A stretch of 64,000 nt of DNA from an uncultured Gammaproteobacteria bacterium. Its GTDB lineage: Bacteria; Pseudomonadota; Gammaproteobacteria; Nitrosococcales; Methylophagaceae. The notes under the pieces were generated by a model, which saw only the letters and a list, made by a program, of their open reading frames with translations, did not search any database and had not been told where the DNA came from. The position numbers and the translations under genes are program-made. This document shows, piece after piece, positions 21,718 through 33,232 of the stretch; the first letter of the stretch is position 1, and each line of letters opens with the position of its first letter. The stretch lies in contig CAJIZI010000001.1 in assembly GCA_905181885.1 (NCBI GenBank), forward strand, positions 573,765 to 637,764, given 5' to 3'.

Positions 21718-21794
21718 TGGTGGCTATGGGTGGATTCGAACCACCGACCCCATCATTATGAGTGATGTGCTCTAACCAACTGAGCTACATAGCC
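21718..21794 (-). tRNA. Elongator tRNA-Met (CAT)
   Basis: The reverse complement GGCTATGTAGCTCAGTTGGTTAGAGCACATCACTCATAATGATGGGGTC...CCA is nearly identical to E. coli elongator tRNA-Met. Confidence 0.9.
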
Positions 21795-22067
21795 ACGCGA
21801 AGCTGGGCATTTTACGATGCTACTACATAAATATCAAGTTATTTACGGCTTGCCTGAAAGTTGAGGCCGAAACCAAAGTCTTTTAGTGTGGGCTGAAATC
21901 AATTAAGTTTTAAACATAGCCAACATACGGCATTAGTACATGTTCTAATGTTTCAAGGTGGAGAGTTGGAGTTCTGTTCAATATGGCAATGATAGTTCTT
22001 AGGGTATTAAGCGCAGCTCATCGATCTTGTGTCTTATGGCTTGTCATATATATGCGGGATAAAATAG

Positions 22068-23159
22068 CTAAACATTAAACCTAAAGTGCATGACATCTCC
22101 GTCCTGAATAATATAATCTTTCCCCTCTAAACGCCACTTACCTGCATCCTTGGCTCCAGCTTCACCATTGTGCTCGACAAAGGCATCGTAACCAACAACC
22201 TCAGCCCGGATAAAGCCTTTTTCGAAGTCAGTATGGATCACGCCTGCTCCTTGTGGTGCTGTCGCCCCCACAGCTACAGTCCATGCTCGTACTTCTTTAA
22301 CACCAGCAGTGAAATAGGTCTGTAGGCCTAGCAAGTTATAGCCATTGCGGATAACTCTATTTAGACCAGGTTCTTGTAAGCCTAAATCTTCTAAAAATGC
22401 CATTTTCTCATCATCATCTAGCTCGGCAATCTCGGACTCAATCGCAGCACAAATAACCACCACAATTGCGCCTTCCGTTAATGCATGCTCGTTCAATTGA
22501 TCTAAAGCAGGGTTGTTATTAAAGCCTTCTTCTGAGACATTCGCAATGTACATAGTAGGCTTGATAGTTAGTAAGTGAATTTCTTTGAGTAATAAACATT
22601 GTTCATTATCTAAACCCATGGTGCGTATAGCAAGACCTTGGTCTAAGTGTTCATGCATCTGATTCAGCAATTCGAGACGAGCTTTTGCGACTTTATCACC
22701 ACCTTTGGCATCACGAGCGGTCTTCGTAATAGCTTTCTCAACACTTTCCAAATCAGCCAAAGCTAATTCAGTATTAATGACTTCAATGTCATCCAGAGGT
22801 GAGACTTTACCTGAAACATGGACAACATTATCATCTTCAAAGCAGCGCACAACATGGGCAATAGCATCAGTTTCACGAATATTAGCTAAAAACTTATTGC
22901 CTAGGCCTTCACCTTTTGATGCACCAGCAACGAGTCCTGCGATATCGACAAATTCCATTGTTGTCGGCAAGACGCGCTCAGGGCTTACAATGCTAGCCAA
23001 AGCATCCATTCTGGTGTCTGGAACAGGCACAATACCAATATTAGGTTCAATGGTACAAAAGGGATAGTTTTGTGCTTCGATGCCGGCTTGTGTCAGTGCA
23101 TTAAAGAGTGTGGATTTACCGACGTTAGGTAAACCAACAATGCCACATTTGAAACCCAT
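22068..23159 (-). CDS. ychF: Redox-regulated ATPase YchF
   Basis: 363 aa. [19 protein letters not shown]-loop, TGS C-terminal domain, ychF-pth synteny. Confidence 0.95.
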   Translation of the reverse strand: MGFKCGIVGLPNVGKSTLFNALTQAGIEAQNYPFCTIEPNIGIVPVPDTRMDALASIVSPERVLPTTMEFVDIAGLVAGASKGEGLGNKFLANIRETDAIAHVVRCFEDDNVVHVSGKVSPLDDIEVINTELALADLESVEKAITKTARDAKGGDKVAKARLELLNQMHEHLDQGLAIRTMGLDNEQCLLLKEIHLLTIKPTMYIANVSEEGFNNNPALDQLNEHALTEGAIVVVICAAIESEIAELDDDEKMAFLEDLGLQEPGLNRVIRNGYNLLGLQTYFTAGVKEVRAWTVAVGATAPQGAGVIHTDFEKGFIRAEVVGYDAFVEHNGEAGAKDAGKWRLEGKDYIIQDGDVMHFRFNV

Positions 23160-23222
23160 GTTACTTCCTCATACTGAATCTGCTTGAAGCAGAACTGTGT
23201 AAATTAATGGATGATGATAATT

Positions 23223-23795
23223 TTATTGAGAGTGAAGCCAGTGCATTGCTTTCTCAAGGTCTCCAGAAAGTATATCTGGTAAAACATGTAGTGAATCAGC
23301 AATTGCGGAGACTATATTTTGTCGATCAGTTTGCGATGGTTTTGTTAATACATAGTCTGAAACTTGCCGACTATCTCCTGGATGTGCGATACCAATGCGG
23401 CAGCGTAAAAAATCTCTACTATTAGTGCAGGCAATAATATCTCGTAAACCATTATGGCCTCCATGACCGCCCCCACGCTTTAATCTGGCGGCGCCAGCTG
23501 GTATGTCGAGCTCATCATGAACGATTAAAATATTGCTTGGCGGAATTTTATAAAAATTGGCTAAAGAGGCAACAGATTGACCGCTGCGATTCATAAACAA
23601 TAAAGGCTTAAGCAAAAAAAGTTTATCTTCAGAAGATTGGCACTGGGCCAGCTGACCATGATATTTGTTATCAACAGTAAATGTTGTTTTCATATCATGG
23701 GCCAGCTGATCTAATAACCAAAACCCAACATTATGTCGAGTCTGTTCATATTGAGGACCGGGGTTACCCAGTCCGGCAATTAACCAGTTAGCCAA
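23223..23795 (-). CDS. pth: Peptidyl-tRNA hydrolase
   Basis: 190 aa. GLGNPG..Y..TRHNVGF and GGHGGHNGL motifs. Confidence 0.93.
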   Translation of the reverse strand: MANWLIAGLGNPGPQYEQTRHNVGFWLLDQLAHDMKTTFTVDNKYHGQLAQCQSSEDKLFLLKPLLFMNRSGQSVASLANFYKIPPSNILIVHDELDIPAGAARLKRGGGHGGHNGLRDIIACTNSRDFLRCRIGIAHPGDSRQVSDYVLTKPSQTDRQNIVSAIADSLHVLPDILSGDLEKAMHWLHSQ

Positions 23796-23819
23796 AATCG
23801 AGGTCTTTATACGAAAAAA

Positions 23820-24512
23820 TTACTCTTCAGTCGTTCCTTCACCTTCTGCTTCACCTTCTGCAGGTTCATCAGTTTCTTCTTCTTCTTCAACCTCTTCAAC
23901 AAGACGAGGCATATGAACGTTAACGACAGCCTGATCGTAAGAAGAATGTTCACCTTCTGCAAGGTCTTCTTCTTTACCATGTGAAAGAGCAGTCAATGTC
24001 ACACCTTTTGGTAAAACAATTTCAGATAGATGAATACTCTGGTCTAAATCTAATGCAGTAATATCGACGTCGATAAACTCGGGTAAATCTTGTGGTAAAC
24101 AAGAAACCTCGACATCTGACATTAAGCGAGATAGCACACCACCACCTTTGATAGCAGCTGATTCAGCTTCACCAAGGAAGTGCAATCTGACCGACATTGT
24201 CATAGCGTGTTTAGCATCTACACGCAAGAAATCAGCATGCATTATTTTACTGTCTTGGGCTGGGTGGCGTTGCAAATCTTTTAAAACGACTTGCTGTTTC
24301 TTACCGCCAACGACGAGTGTGAGGATGTGAGCATAAAAGGCTTCTTCTTGTAAGTGACGTAGAAACCGGTTGTGATCTAGAGTGATTGAAACGGGTGTAT
24401 CACTACCACCATAAATAATAGCTGGTACATTACCGGCATGACGTAGGCGGCGGCTCGCACCTTTCCCCTCATCAGTACGGAGTTCAGCTTGAACTTCAAA
24501 TAAATTTTCCAT
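23820..24512 (-). CDS. rplY: 50S ribosomal protein L25 / general stress protein Ctc, with acidic C-terminal tail
   Basis: The ATG at 24512 was chosen because GGAG lies 6 nt upstream. RRLRHAGNVPAIIYGG motif and an E/D-rich tail. Confidence 0.88.
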   Translation of the reverse strand: MENLFEVQAELRTDEGKGASRRLRHAGNVPAIIYGGSDTPVSITLDHNRFLRHLQEEAFYAHILTLVVGGKKQQVVLKDLQRHPAQDSKIMHADFLRVDAKHAMTMSVRLHFLGEAESAAIKGGGVLSRLMSDVEVSCLPQDLPEFIDVDITALDLDQSIHLSEIVLPKGVTLTALSHGKEEDLAEGEHSSYDQAVVNVHMPRLVEEVEEEEETDEPAEGEAEGEGTTEE

Positions 24513-24638
24513 TGTTTTCTCCAAAATCATGAGCAAAGCTTTGTTTGCTCATTAAAAGTGCCGCTGTTTCAGCAGCAGTTGTTTGCCTCCCCGCGACCAG
24601 AGTCGGCATCTTTTCAGTACGTTAAGCCAATTAACGTG

Positions 24639-25574
24639 TTAATCCATATACAAAGAGCTAACTGACTCTTCGGCATTAATTCGGTACATCGCTTCTGCTA
24701 ACATCTCTACAATGCTAAGCGGCCGGATCTTATCACATTTTTTTGCTTCTGGGCGCAAAGGAATAGTATTTGTGACGACCAATTCATCCAAGACTGAGTT
24801 AGTAATATTGTCAACGGCATCGCCAGATAAAATGGCATGAGTGCAATAAGCAACTACTCGAGTAGCACCTTGTTCTTTGAGAGCAGCAGCAGCAGCGCAT
24901 AATGTTCCACCAGTATCGACCATATCATCGATTAAGACACATACACGGCCTTCTATATCTCCAATGATATTCATGACTTTAGCAACGTTAGCCTGAGGGC
25001 GACGTTTATCAATAATAGCTAGTTCGACGTCGAGTAGTTTGGCTAGTGCGCGGGCACGGACTACGCCCCCGACATCCGGTGAAACAACTACTAAGTCTTG
25101 ATACTTATGTTTCCAAATATCGCCAAGTAGTATGGGTGAGGCATAAATATTATCTACAGGGCAGTCAAAAAATCCTTGTATTTGGTCGGCATGCAAATCA
25201 ACAGTGAGAACACGGTCAGCACCAACCCCCGTGAGCATGTTTGCAACGACTTTAGCAGTGATAGCAACACGAGCAGAGCGCGGTCGACGATCCTGTCTTG
25301 AGTAACCCATGTAAGGAATAACTAAGGTAATGCGTTTGGCTGAGGCCCGACGAAGAGCATCTGTCATCACCATTAACTCCATCAGGTTTTCATTCGCAGG
25401 CATACATGTCGGCTGGACAATGAATACGTCTTTGCCACGAACGTTATCTAAAATTTCTACCATGACTTCGCCGTCACTGAAGGACTCGACACTGGCTTTG
25501 CCTAGAGGAACATTAAGAAAGCGAGCCACATCAGACGACAGCTGGGGGTTTGCATTACCCGTAAATACCATCAT
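24639..25574 (-). CDS. prs: Ribose-phosphate pyrophosphokinase
   Basis: Start set at [10 protein letters not shown] by analogy with Prs N-termini; the track ORF extends 17 codons further. [11 protein letters not shown] and VSPDVGGV motifs. Confidence 0.92.
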   Translation of the reverse strand: MMVFTGNANPQLSSDVARFLNVPLGKASVESFSDGEVMVEILDNVRGKDVFIVQPTCMPANENLMELMVMTDALRRASAKRITLVIPYMGYSRQDRRPRSARVAITAKVVANMLTGVGADRVLTVDLHADQIQGFFDCPVDNIYASPILLGDIWKHKYQDLVVVSPDVGGVVRARALAKLLDVELAIIDKRRPQANVAKVMNIIGDIEGRVCVLIDDMVDTGGTLCAAAAALKEQGATRVVAYCTHAILSGDAVDNITNSVLDELVVTNTIPLRPEAKKCDKIRPLSIVEMLAEAMYRINAEESVSSLYMD

Positions 25575-25664
25575 GCTGTTGTCAGCTGTGCGCTGTTGTA
25601 GTTGAGAAAGTCTGTTTTTGCTCACGATAAGTTGCCGAAATCTCTGTTAATAAAACAAAAAAAA

Positions 25665-25739
25665 TGGCTGGGGTACCAGGATTCGAACCTGGGAATGCAA
25701 GGATCAAAACCTTGTGCCTTACCGCTTGGCGATACCCCA
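25665..25739 (-). tRNA. tRNA-Gln (TTG)
   Basis: The reverse complement TGGGGTATCGCCAAGCGGTAAGGCACAAGGTTTTGATCCTTGCATTCCCAGGTTCGAATCCTGGTACCCCAGCCA closely matches E. coli tRNA-Gln. Lies upstream of prs. Confidence 0.9.
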
Positions 25740-25784
25740 ACTGAAATGAAACATAACTTTAACATCTTGCTGTCTAACTGTGGC

Positions 25785-26623
25785 TTAATTTCTCAAACTC
25801 ATTAATGTAGCCAATGGTGATTGATTACACCCTTTTGCTATAAAACCTCGCCAATGGTCTGGCAAGTTTTCTAACACTTGCTGTGCATGAATTTGACTAC
25901 TGAAGTCGGCAAATACACAAGCACCTGTTCCTGACATTCGCGATTGACCATAGCGATTCAACCAATTTACAGCCTGGGAAACGGCGGAGTAGTTTTTCAA
26001 TACAACACCCTCACAGATATTTTTACCCTCCCCAGAAAGGAAGCGCGATATTGTGATAGGTTCGCAATCTCGTGTCAATTCTTGAGATGAAAATACTTCA
26101 GCAGTAGAGACTTGGCAATCGGGTACGATAACGACATACCATGGTTCGGCTGGCAAAATAGGGGTTAATTCTTCACCGACACCTTCAGCCCAAGCGGCAT
26201 ACCCATGGATAAAGACAGGGACATCTGCGCCGAGAGCCAGCCCTAATTGCGCTAATTCGGTGGTCGTTAATTTAGTCTGCCAAAGGTGGTTAAGTGCAAT
26301 TAAGGTTGTAGCGGCATTAGAGCTACCACCACCCAGACCGCCGCCAATAGGAAGCCTTTTTTTGATAGAAATCTTAACTCCTTGCTGTGGAGTTAGTCTG
26401 CTGTTTGAAGGCATTTCGCGGCTCGAATAATTAAATTAGAGTCATTTTTAACGCCTTCAAGTGGGGTTAAAAGGTCTATCGTAATGCTCTTCTGAACTTG
26501 AAACTCTAATGAATCACTATAATCTAAGAATTGGAATGCGGTTTGAATTTCATGATATCCGTCATCACGACGGCCTGTGATATGTAAAAAAAGATTTATT
26601 TTTGCGGGGGAAGGCCAGGCCAT
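25785..26623 (-). pseudogene. ispE: 4-diphosphocytidyl-2-C-methyl-D-erythritol kinase IspE, frame interrupted (-1) near nt 26395-26405
   Basis: The N-part has [18 protein letters not shown]. The second frame has KRLPIGGGLGGGSSNAAT and SGTGACVFA. Length is 839 nt, i.e. 3n+2 (one base short). Confidence 0.85.
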
Positions 26624-26625
26624 AA

Positions 26626-27237
26626 CTACTTATATTTCCAATTGTCCACAACGAGCCGTATCTTCAATCCAGCGTGAGACATAAAAATTTTAGATGGCAT
26701 TTGCTGCTGCCCATAGAGCTTGTATTGCTGATAATAAACCTTCCATCTGAGCTGCTCAAGGTATTTAAGTCGACCGTGGTTATCTATTTCAATACTTTTA
26801 TAGGGAGCGCCGCCAGCATAAGGAAGGCCCTTTAGCCAATCACGTAGCGCACTGATAGGGAGGTTTAAGTTAAAGGTTTTATTAAGCAAGGCCTCGGGAC
26901 TTGATGAGATAGTTGTTTGGCCGTTAGAGAGCGTTAAAATGACTTGCTCAGGTGTTCCATCTAAATGAAAACCACCTTGTGAAAAGGGGCCCATCATTTT
27001 GATGCGGTAAGTACCGGTATTTTCAAGCCAGTTTATCCCAGCATTCCAAGCTTTTTTATCTTGAGTAATGGATGCCCGACCACTGATTTGCCATTTTGTT
27101 AGTTGGCTTAATTGGGATTGTCGCTCTTGCCAGGCAATGCCAGAATCATTAGTGATATGAGGCTTTTGGTAGACAGTTGTGCAGGCGAAAAGGGACAATA
27201 AAGCTAGGGCAATGCCAGACGTCCTATAGCTAAGCAC
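26626..27237 (-). CDS. lolB: Outer-membrane lipoprotein insertion protein LolB
   Basis: 203 aa. Lipobox LSLFAC. Position between ispE and the TPR gene as in Pseudomonas. Confidence 0.8.
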   Translation of the reverse strand: MLSYRTSGIALALLSLFACTTVYQKPHITNDSGIAWQERQSQLSQLTKWQISGRASITQDKKAWNAGINWLENTGTYRIKMMGPFSQGGFHLDGTPEQVILTLSNGQTTISSSPEALLNKTFNLNLPISALRDWLKGLPYAGGAPYKSIEIDNHGRLKYLEQLRWKVYYQQYKLYGQQQMPSKIFMSHAGLKIRLVVDNWKYK

Positions 27238-29006
27238 TATAAGCCAAAGTGCTGCATGGTTTTAAGTATTAATTCATTGGCACTATCTTGCTTAAGACCC
27301 CGGAGCCATACTTTCTTCGCTTCATTTTTTTGATCTTGTTGCCAAAGGACTTCTCCAAGATGGGCTAAGAATTCTGGTTCCTCTCGAATAGCAACAGCTT
27401 GCTTTAAAACTTGTTCTGCCTTGTCTAGCTGGCCTAGTCGGTAATAAACCCAGCCCAGGCTATCGAGGTAGAAAGGGTCGCTAGGTGAAATAACGAGGGC
27501 TTTTTTAATTAAGACAAGGGCCTCCTGGTGGCGATCAGTCAGATCTGTCAAGGTATAACCTAGAGCATTGAGTGTCTGGGAATTATCAGGGTCAATGGCT
27601 AAAATACTACGTAAGTCTTTTTCAAGTATATCGAGCCGATTGATAGATTCTGCCAGCATGGCATGGGTATATAATAAATCGATATTTTCTGGGTGTTCTG
27701 AAATAGCTTTGTCAAGTAGAATGAAAGCAGGTTGATTCTGATTGCGCTCTTGAAGGAGTATAGCCTCAAAAAGGTAGTAATCAACCGCTAACTTGGGGTT
27801 GGCAATGCGAATATTAGCCAAATGTTGGCGGGCTTTTGCAAGGGCTCCATTATCGGCTAATAGGCTCACGTATTGGGTTTGGGCCTTTTGAAAATGAAGG
27901 GAGCTATTAGGGACTGATGAAAACCAAACTAAAGCTTGTTCAACATTATTATTAAGCTTTTCAGCAATGCCTAAAAAATAGGCAGATTGCATACCCGGAT
28001 CACCTAGATCTTGCAGGCGCTTAAAGTAATTTTTTGCTTTATGGCCTTGTTTTTCTTCTATAGCGATAACACCGAGAGCGAAGATAACATCGGGCTTATT
28101 ACTTTCTTCAGCATCAAGCTGTTCAAAAAGCTGGCGTGATTTTTTGATTTGATTATTTTCACCTAATAATTGGGCATAGCTGAAACGAAGTGATCTACTT
28201 GCGGATTTCTGGTGAGCAGCATCTTTTAAAATATTAAGTGCCTCATCAATACGTTTTAAACGCTGTAAAATAGTAGCCTTTAGAATCAGGGCTTCTTGGA
28301 AATCAGGCTCATAGTCGAGTACAGCGTTGATCGTTGGTAGGGCTTTGTCATACCTTTGATAGTAAACGGCTAGACGACTGTAGTGATATAGAGCATGAGG
28401 GTTTCCTTGTTGAAACACATCTAATTGTTTCATAATCCTGAGCGCTGGGTCAGCTTTGACAATTTTGCTCAAATTATCAGTTAATCGAACTAAATACGTA
28501 GCTAGTTTTTCTGGGTCTATGGCTAAAGCAGTATTAACGACAGGGGCAATTTCATCATGTTTTCCTTGCATCATCAAGAAAGGTGTTTTAAGCATATAAA
28601 TATCAGAATCGGTGGGATCAACTTCCGCCCATCGGTTTAATGCTAAATCAATTCGTTTTTGATCGCGAGTGAAGTTAGCCATTTGGGTGGAGCGGCTGGC
28701 TAATTTTGGAGATTCAACGAGTCCAGCAGCGCGCTTATACAACTCTGCTGCACTAATTAGGTCGCCACGCTGGCTTGCAATTTCAGCTGTCAAAATAAGA
28801 TAAGTAAGTTCGGCAGTTAAAGGAACTGTCTTGAGCGCTGCCTCAGTTTTATCGGGCTTAGTCTCAACAGCTAAAACTTGTTGTGTTGTTGGGAGTCTCT
28901 CTGTAGGTAAATTAGTGCAAGCAGAGAGCAATATTATCAAGCCAAATATTATGCCGCATAAGCCTGAAGGGCTTAGTTTTTTCCAAAGTGCTTGCGATAA
29001 ATCCAT
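27237..29006 (-). CDS. Tetratricopeptide-repeat protein (lipoprotein-type signal)
   Basis: 589 aa. LLSAC lipobox and repeated TPR-like A/L/Y patterns. Its conserved position is divergent from hemA. Confidence 0.7.
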   Translation of the reverse strand: MDLSQALWKKLSPSGLCGIIFGLIILLSACTNLPTERLPTTQQVLAVETKPDKTEAALKTVPLTAELTYLILTAEIASQRGDLISAAELYKRAAGLVESPKLASRSTQMANFTRDQKRIDLALNRWAEVDPTDSDIYMLKTPFLMMQGKHDEIAPVVNTALAIDPEKLATYLVRLTDNLSKIVKADPALRIMKQLDVFQQGNPHALYHYSRLAVYYQRYDKALPTINAVLDYEPDFQEALILKATILQRLKRIDEALNILKDAAHQKSASRSLRFSYAQLLGENNQIKKSRQLFEQLDAEESNKPDVIFALGVIAIEEKQGHKAKNYFKRLQDLGDPGMQSAYFLGIAEKLNNNVEQALVWFSSVPNSSLHFQKAQTQYVSLLADNGALAKARQHLANIRIANPKLAVDYYLFEAILLQERNQNQPAFILLDKAISEHPENIDLLYTHAMLAESINRLDILEKDLRSILAIDPDNSQTLNALGYTLTDLTDRHQEALVLIKKALVISPSDPFYLDSLGWVYYRLGQLDKAEQVLKQAVAIREEPEFLAHLGEVLWQQDQKNEAKKVWLRGLKQDSANELILKTMQHFGL

Positions 29007-29296
29007 AATAAAACGACCTGAGCGAGTGATTTTGTTAGAATGTTGGTTTGTTATTGGCTATCTAGACAATAATATAGTCTGTAACTGTTATAAAGTTTAA
29101 CAGGATTTATGACTCGGGCTATCACCAAAGATGTATCTAACCAAGACGTGACTTCATATTTTATGCCAAAACACTTTATCTTATGCATTAAAAGCAAGCT
29201 CTACAGCTGGTATTTGTGTGTATTTGTGTGTGTAGAAGTCGACCACCATATTCGACGGTTACGTTGTCAAAACAGTATTCAGGACTTATAAAACAG

Positions 29297-30551
29297 ATGG
29301 AATTGGTTGTCTATGGCATTAATCATAATACAGCGCCGGTGGGTATTCGTGAGACTATTGCCTTTAACGCTGATACCTTACCTAAAGCGTTAGACTCATT
29401 AAAATCTGAGTTGGGCATAGTTGAGGCTGTGATCGTCTCGACTTGTAATCGAACAGAGCTTTATTGCCACATTGATGGTGAGGACAGCAGTTAATATAGG
29501 TGATTGGTTGCATAGGTATCACAAGCAACAGGCCAAGTCACTTGATAGCTACCTTTATCACTATCGTGGTGACGATGTTATTAGGCATTTGTTGAGAGTG
29601 GCCTGCGGTTTAGACTCGATGGTGCTAGGCGAGCCCCAGATATTAGGGCAAATAAAAACAGCATATAGTGATGCTTTACATTATCAATCGGTCGGAAAAT
29701 TGTTGAGCAAATTATTTCAGCATGCTTTCACAGTCGCTAAACAAGTGCGCACCGATACCGCAATTGGAAACAGTCCTGTGTCAGTAGCTTTTGCGGCTGT
29801 CAGCTTGGCAAGGCAAATATTCACGGACTTATCAAAATCTACAGCCTTACTAATTGGTGCCGGTGAAACGATTGAGTTGGCAGCAAGACACCTCTTTGAC
29901 AATGGTATTGGTCGAATTATCATCGCAAACCGCACTATTGAAAAGGCCCATTATTTAGCGACGCAAGTCGATGGTTATGCGATCAACTTAAGTGAAATGC
30001 CAGCACATATTGCCGAAGCGGATATAGTTATGAGTTCCACAGCCAGCCAATTGCCTATTCTTGGAAAAGGTGCTGTTGAACGGGCGTTAAAAGAGCGCAA
30101 GCACAGACCTATTTTTATGGTTGATATTGCGGTTCCAAGAGATATTGAACCTGAGGTTGGAAATCTCGAAGACATATATTTATATTGCGTCGATGATTTG
30201 CACGATATCATAGAAGAGAACTTGCAGTCTCGTAGGGAAGCGGCCTTACAAGCCGAAGAAATCATTGAGATCCAAGTTGAAAGCTTTATGAGCTGGCTAC
30301 GGACGCAAGATGTAGTTCCGATAATTAGGTCATTACGCGAAGCTGCTGTAAAAGAAAGTGATTACTTACTTTTAAAGTCAAAAAAGCAGCTTGCTCAAGG
30401 TGTATTACCAGAGCGAGTGCTTGAAGAACTTGCTAGAACATTGACGAACAAATTACTCCATGAACCGACCAGGAAACTCCGCCAATCAGGTTCAGATGTA
30501 GACAACAATCTGATTGAAGCGGCAAGACGTCTCTTCAATCTTAAGGATTAA
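29297..30551 (+). pseudogene. hemA: Glutamyl-tRNA reductase HemA, frame interrupted (+1) near nt 29485-29492
   Basis: The N-part has GINHNTAPV.IRE and STCNRTELY. The second frame has RVACGLDSMVLGEPQILGQ and LIGAGETIEL. Length is 1255 nt, i.e. 3n+1. Confidence 0.9.
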
Positions 30552-30557
30552 ACAACA

Positions 30558-31646
30558 GTGAAAGATTCGATTAAGCATAAGCTTGAAACATTAGTAGAAC
30601 GTCATGAAGAGATTAGTGGGCTATTGTCTGAGCAAGAGACGATGGCAGACCAGAATAAATTTAGGTCACTGTCTCAAGAGTATGCACAACTTGAACCTGT
30701 TGTTTCTAATTTTAATGCTTATAAAAATAGTCTGATAGCTATCGAAGATGCCAAAGTCATGATGGAGGAAGATGATTCTGAAATGCGTCAAATGGCAAAA
30801 GAGGAATTAACTGAAGCACAGCGAAGTGAGCAAGAAATAGAAGGCACTCTGCAGAAATTGTTATTACCAAAAGATCCTAATGATCAACGTAATATTTTCC
30901 TTGAGGTTCGAGCAGGAACTGGTGGTGATGAAGCTGCTATTTTTGCCGGTGATTTATATAGAATGTATAACAGATACGCTGAAGGTCGCCGCTGGGGTGT
31001 TGAATTAATTAATGCTCAAGAAGGCGAACATGGCGGTTATAAAGAAGTCGTGATTAGAATTGTAGGTGAGGGTGCGTATTCAAGATTAAAATTTGAAGGT
31101 GGTGGCCATCGAGTTCAACGCGTACCGGAAACTGAATCTCAAGGCCGTATTCATACTTCAGCTTGTACCGTCGCGATAATGCCCGAAGCAGATGAAGTTG
31201 ATCAGATTGAAATTAATGCTGGAGACTTAAGGGTTGATACTTTCCGAGCATCTGGTGCGGGGGGACAGCATGTTAACAAAACAGACTCAGCGATCAGGCT
31301 GACGCATCTTCCCACCGGTATTGTGGTCGAATGCCAGGATCAGCGTTCACAACATAAAAACCGTGCTCAAGCCATGTCTGTACTACAGGCTAGGATAATG
31401 GCTGCGAAACAAGAAAAGATAGATTCAGAGCAAGCTGAAACACGAAAGCTGCAAGTTGGTAGTGGTGATCGGAGTGAACGCATTCGGACCTATAATTACC
31501 CTCAAGGTAGGATGACCGACCATCGTATAAACCTAACACTCTATAAGTTAGCTGAAGTGATGGCAGGCGATTTAGAGCAGGTCATTGAACCACTAATTAA
31601 TGAATATCAAGCTGATCAATTAGCATCATTATCAAGTGATGAATAA
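30558..31646 (+). CDS. prfA: Peptide chain release factor 1
   Basis: 362 aa, GTG start. PET-type tripeptide region ([13 protein letters not shown]) and GGQHVN motif. hemA-prfA synteny. Confidence 0.95.
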   Translation: MKDSIKHKLETLVERHEEISGLLSEQETMADQNKFRSLSQEYAQLEPVVSNFNAYKNSLIAIEDAKVMMEEDDSEMRQMAKEELTEAQRSEQEIEGTLQKLLLPKDPNDQRNIFLEVRAGTGGDEAAIFAGDLYRMYNRYAEGRRWGVELINAQEGEHGGYKEVVIRIVGEGAYSRLKFEGGGHRVQRVPETESQGRIHTSACTVAIMPEADEVDQIEINAGDLRVDTFRASGAGGQHVNKTDSAIRLTHLPTGIVVECQDQRSQHKNRAQAMSVLQARIMAAKQEKIDSEQAETRKLQVGSGDRSERIRTYNYPQGRMTDHRINLTLYKLAEVMAGDLEQVIEPLINEYQADQLASLSSDE

Positions 31647-31691
31647 AATTAAAAAATTTATTTGAAGAACTCAACTGGGAGAAAGATGATT

Positions 31692-32618
31692 TTAAATTTC
31701 ATTTCCAAGCCAGTCCTGAGGCTTAAGAAATACCTTATATAACATAGCTTCATCAGTTTCCGGCTCGGGTTGCCAGTTATAACGCCACTTTACGAGAGGT
31801 GGTAAGGACATTAGAATTGACTCTGTCCTTCCGCCCGATTGCAGGCCAAATAAAGTCCCTCGGTCGTAAACTAAATTGAATTCAACATAGCGACCACGGC
31901 GATATAGCTGAAAATCACGCTCACGCTCGCCAAAAGACGTATCTTTTCGACGGTCCAAAATTGGTAGATAAGCCATGAGAAAACTATTACCAATGCTTTG
32001 CAAGAAATTAAAACAATGGTCAAAACCACCTTCGTTTAGATCATCAAAGAATAAACCACCAACTCCACGTGTTTCATCGCGGTGTTTGAGATAAAAATAC
32101 TCATCACACCATTTTTTGTATTTCTGATAGATACTTTGGCCAAAAGGGTCACATGCCTCTTTTGCAGTTTGATGCCAATGAATTACGTCTTCTTTAAAAC
32201 CATAATAAGGAGTTAAGTCATAACCACCACCAAACCACCAAATTGGTTCTTCATCTTCTTTTTCGGCGATAAAAAACCGTACATTAGCATGGCAGGTAGG
32301 GGCATAAGGGTTGCGAGGATGGATAACTAATGAGACACCAATGGCTTCAAAACTTCGGCCCGCTAAATCTGGGCGATTGGCAGTCGCGGACGCAGGCATA
32401 CTCGTGCCTCGAACATGAGAAAAATTAACTCCTCCTTGTTCAATGACATTACCGTTATTTAACACACGTGTGCGTCCACCTCCAGCAAGACCATCAGATC
32501 GTTCCCAAGCATCTTCAACAAAGGACTCTTTACTATCAATGATTTCTAATTGTTGACAAATATGCTCTTGCAGACTCAGTAGATAGTCTCGAATAGCAGT
32601 AATATTAGGCTCAATCAT
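31692..32618 (-). CDS. hemF: Oxygen-dependent coproporphyrinogen-III oxidase
   Basis: 308 aa. [27 protein letters not shown] and [10 protein letters not shown] motifs. Confidence 0.93.
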   Translation of the reverse strand: MIEPNITAIRDYLLSLQEHICQQLEIIDSKESFVEDAWERSDGLAGGGRTRVLNNGNVIEQGGVNFSHVRGTSMPASATANRPDLAGRSFEAIGVSLVIHPRNPYAPTCHANVRFFIAEKEDEEPIWWFGGGYDLTPYYGFKEDVIHWHQTAKEACDPFGQSIYQKYKKWCDEYFYLKHRDETRGVGGLFFDDLNEGGFDHCFNFLQSIGNSFLMAYLPILDRRKDTSFGERERDFQLYRRGRYVEFNLVYDRGTLFGLQSGGRTESILMSLPPLVKWRYNWQPEPETDEAMLYKVFLKPQDWLGNEI

Positions 32619-33163
32619 CGAATGACGGCTCCTGTTTGGGAATCTCTAATTTGGGAAGGTCGCGAAGTTTTATCGCAGTGGCCAGCTAAAATGGTATCGA
32701 CTTCAGGTAGTCTCCAGTGTACTTCACGAATAGTTTTTGCAGGCTTTAAGCCTGTAATATTTGCGCTGGTGGAAACGATGGCTTGTCCAGCAGCTCGGCA
32801 AAGAGCAACTGTTTTAGCATGAGCTGTGACCCTTACAGCAATCGTGTCATGCTGGCCAGTTAAATAGCTGGGGGTTGTACTTTTTGCGGGTAGTAGCCAA
32901 GTTATTGGCCCAGGCCATGTTGACTCAAGTTTTTTTAAGATAACTGGTGGCGGGGGAGAAATAAAATCAGTGAGCTGGTTAAAATCACTAGCAATTAAAA
33001 TCAAGCCCTTGTGCCATGCCCGCTGTTTAATAGCGAGTAGACGCATAACAGCTTGCTCATCCCAAGGATCGCAGCCCAAACCATAAACTGCTTCGGTGGG
33101 GTAGGCAATTACCCCGCCCCGTCGTAATGTGTGAACAGCTTGTCTGATAGTCCAAGGAATCAT
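32615..33163 (-). CDS. tsaC: L-threonylcarbamoyladenylate synthase (YrdC/TsaC type)
   Basis: 182 aa. [18 protein letters not shown] and STSANITG motifs. Overlaps hemF by 4 nt. Confidence 0.85.
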   Translation of the reverse strand: MIPWTIRQAVHTLRRGGVIAYPTEAVYGLGCDPWDEQAVMRLLAIKQRAWHKGLILIASDFNQLTDFISPPPPVILKKLESTWPGPITWLLPAKSTTPSYLTGQHDTIAVRVTAHAKTVALCRAAGQAIVSTSANITGLKPAKTIREVHWRLPEVDTILAGHCDKTSRPSQIRDSQTGAVIR

Positions 33164-33232
33164 AGTGATCTTTTTAAATTTACCTGGTTGTAGGGAAGGT
33201 TATAATTTATTAAAGAGTATAAATAATCCATG

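Noticed and set aside
1066-29500. CAGCAG / GCAGC lies within a few nt of several frame breaks (rpoD, hemA, ispE, GST-like 2, tsaD-like AGCAGG). This hinted at a methylation-motif-linked systematic basecalling error.
   Set aside because: Many other CAGCAG sites are unbroken, including rpsU 15101-15115, dnaG around 17345, rpoD around 17811 and ybbA around 45213. The hexamer is simply common in these Ala/Gln/Ser-rich genes, and I cannot support the association without counting genome-wide.
30558-31646. I checked the release-factor gene for a programmed +1 frameshift.
   Set aside because: This is RF1 (prfA, downstream of hemA) and is a single intact ORF. The programmed frameshift belongs to prfB, which is not in the window.
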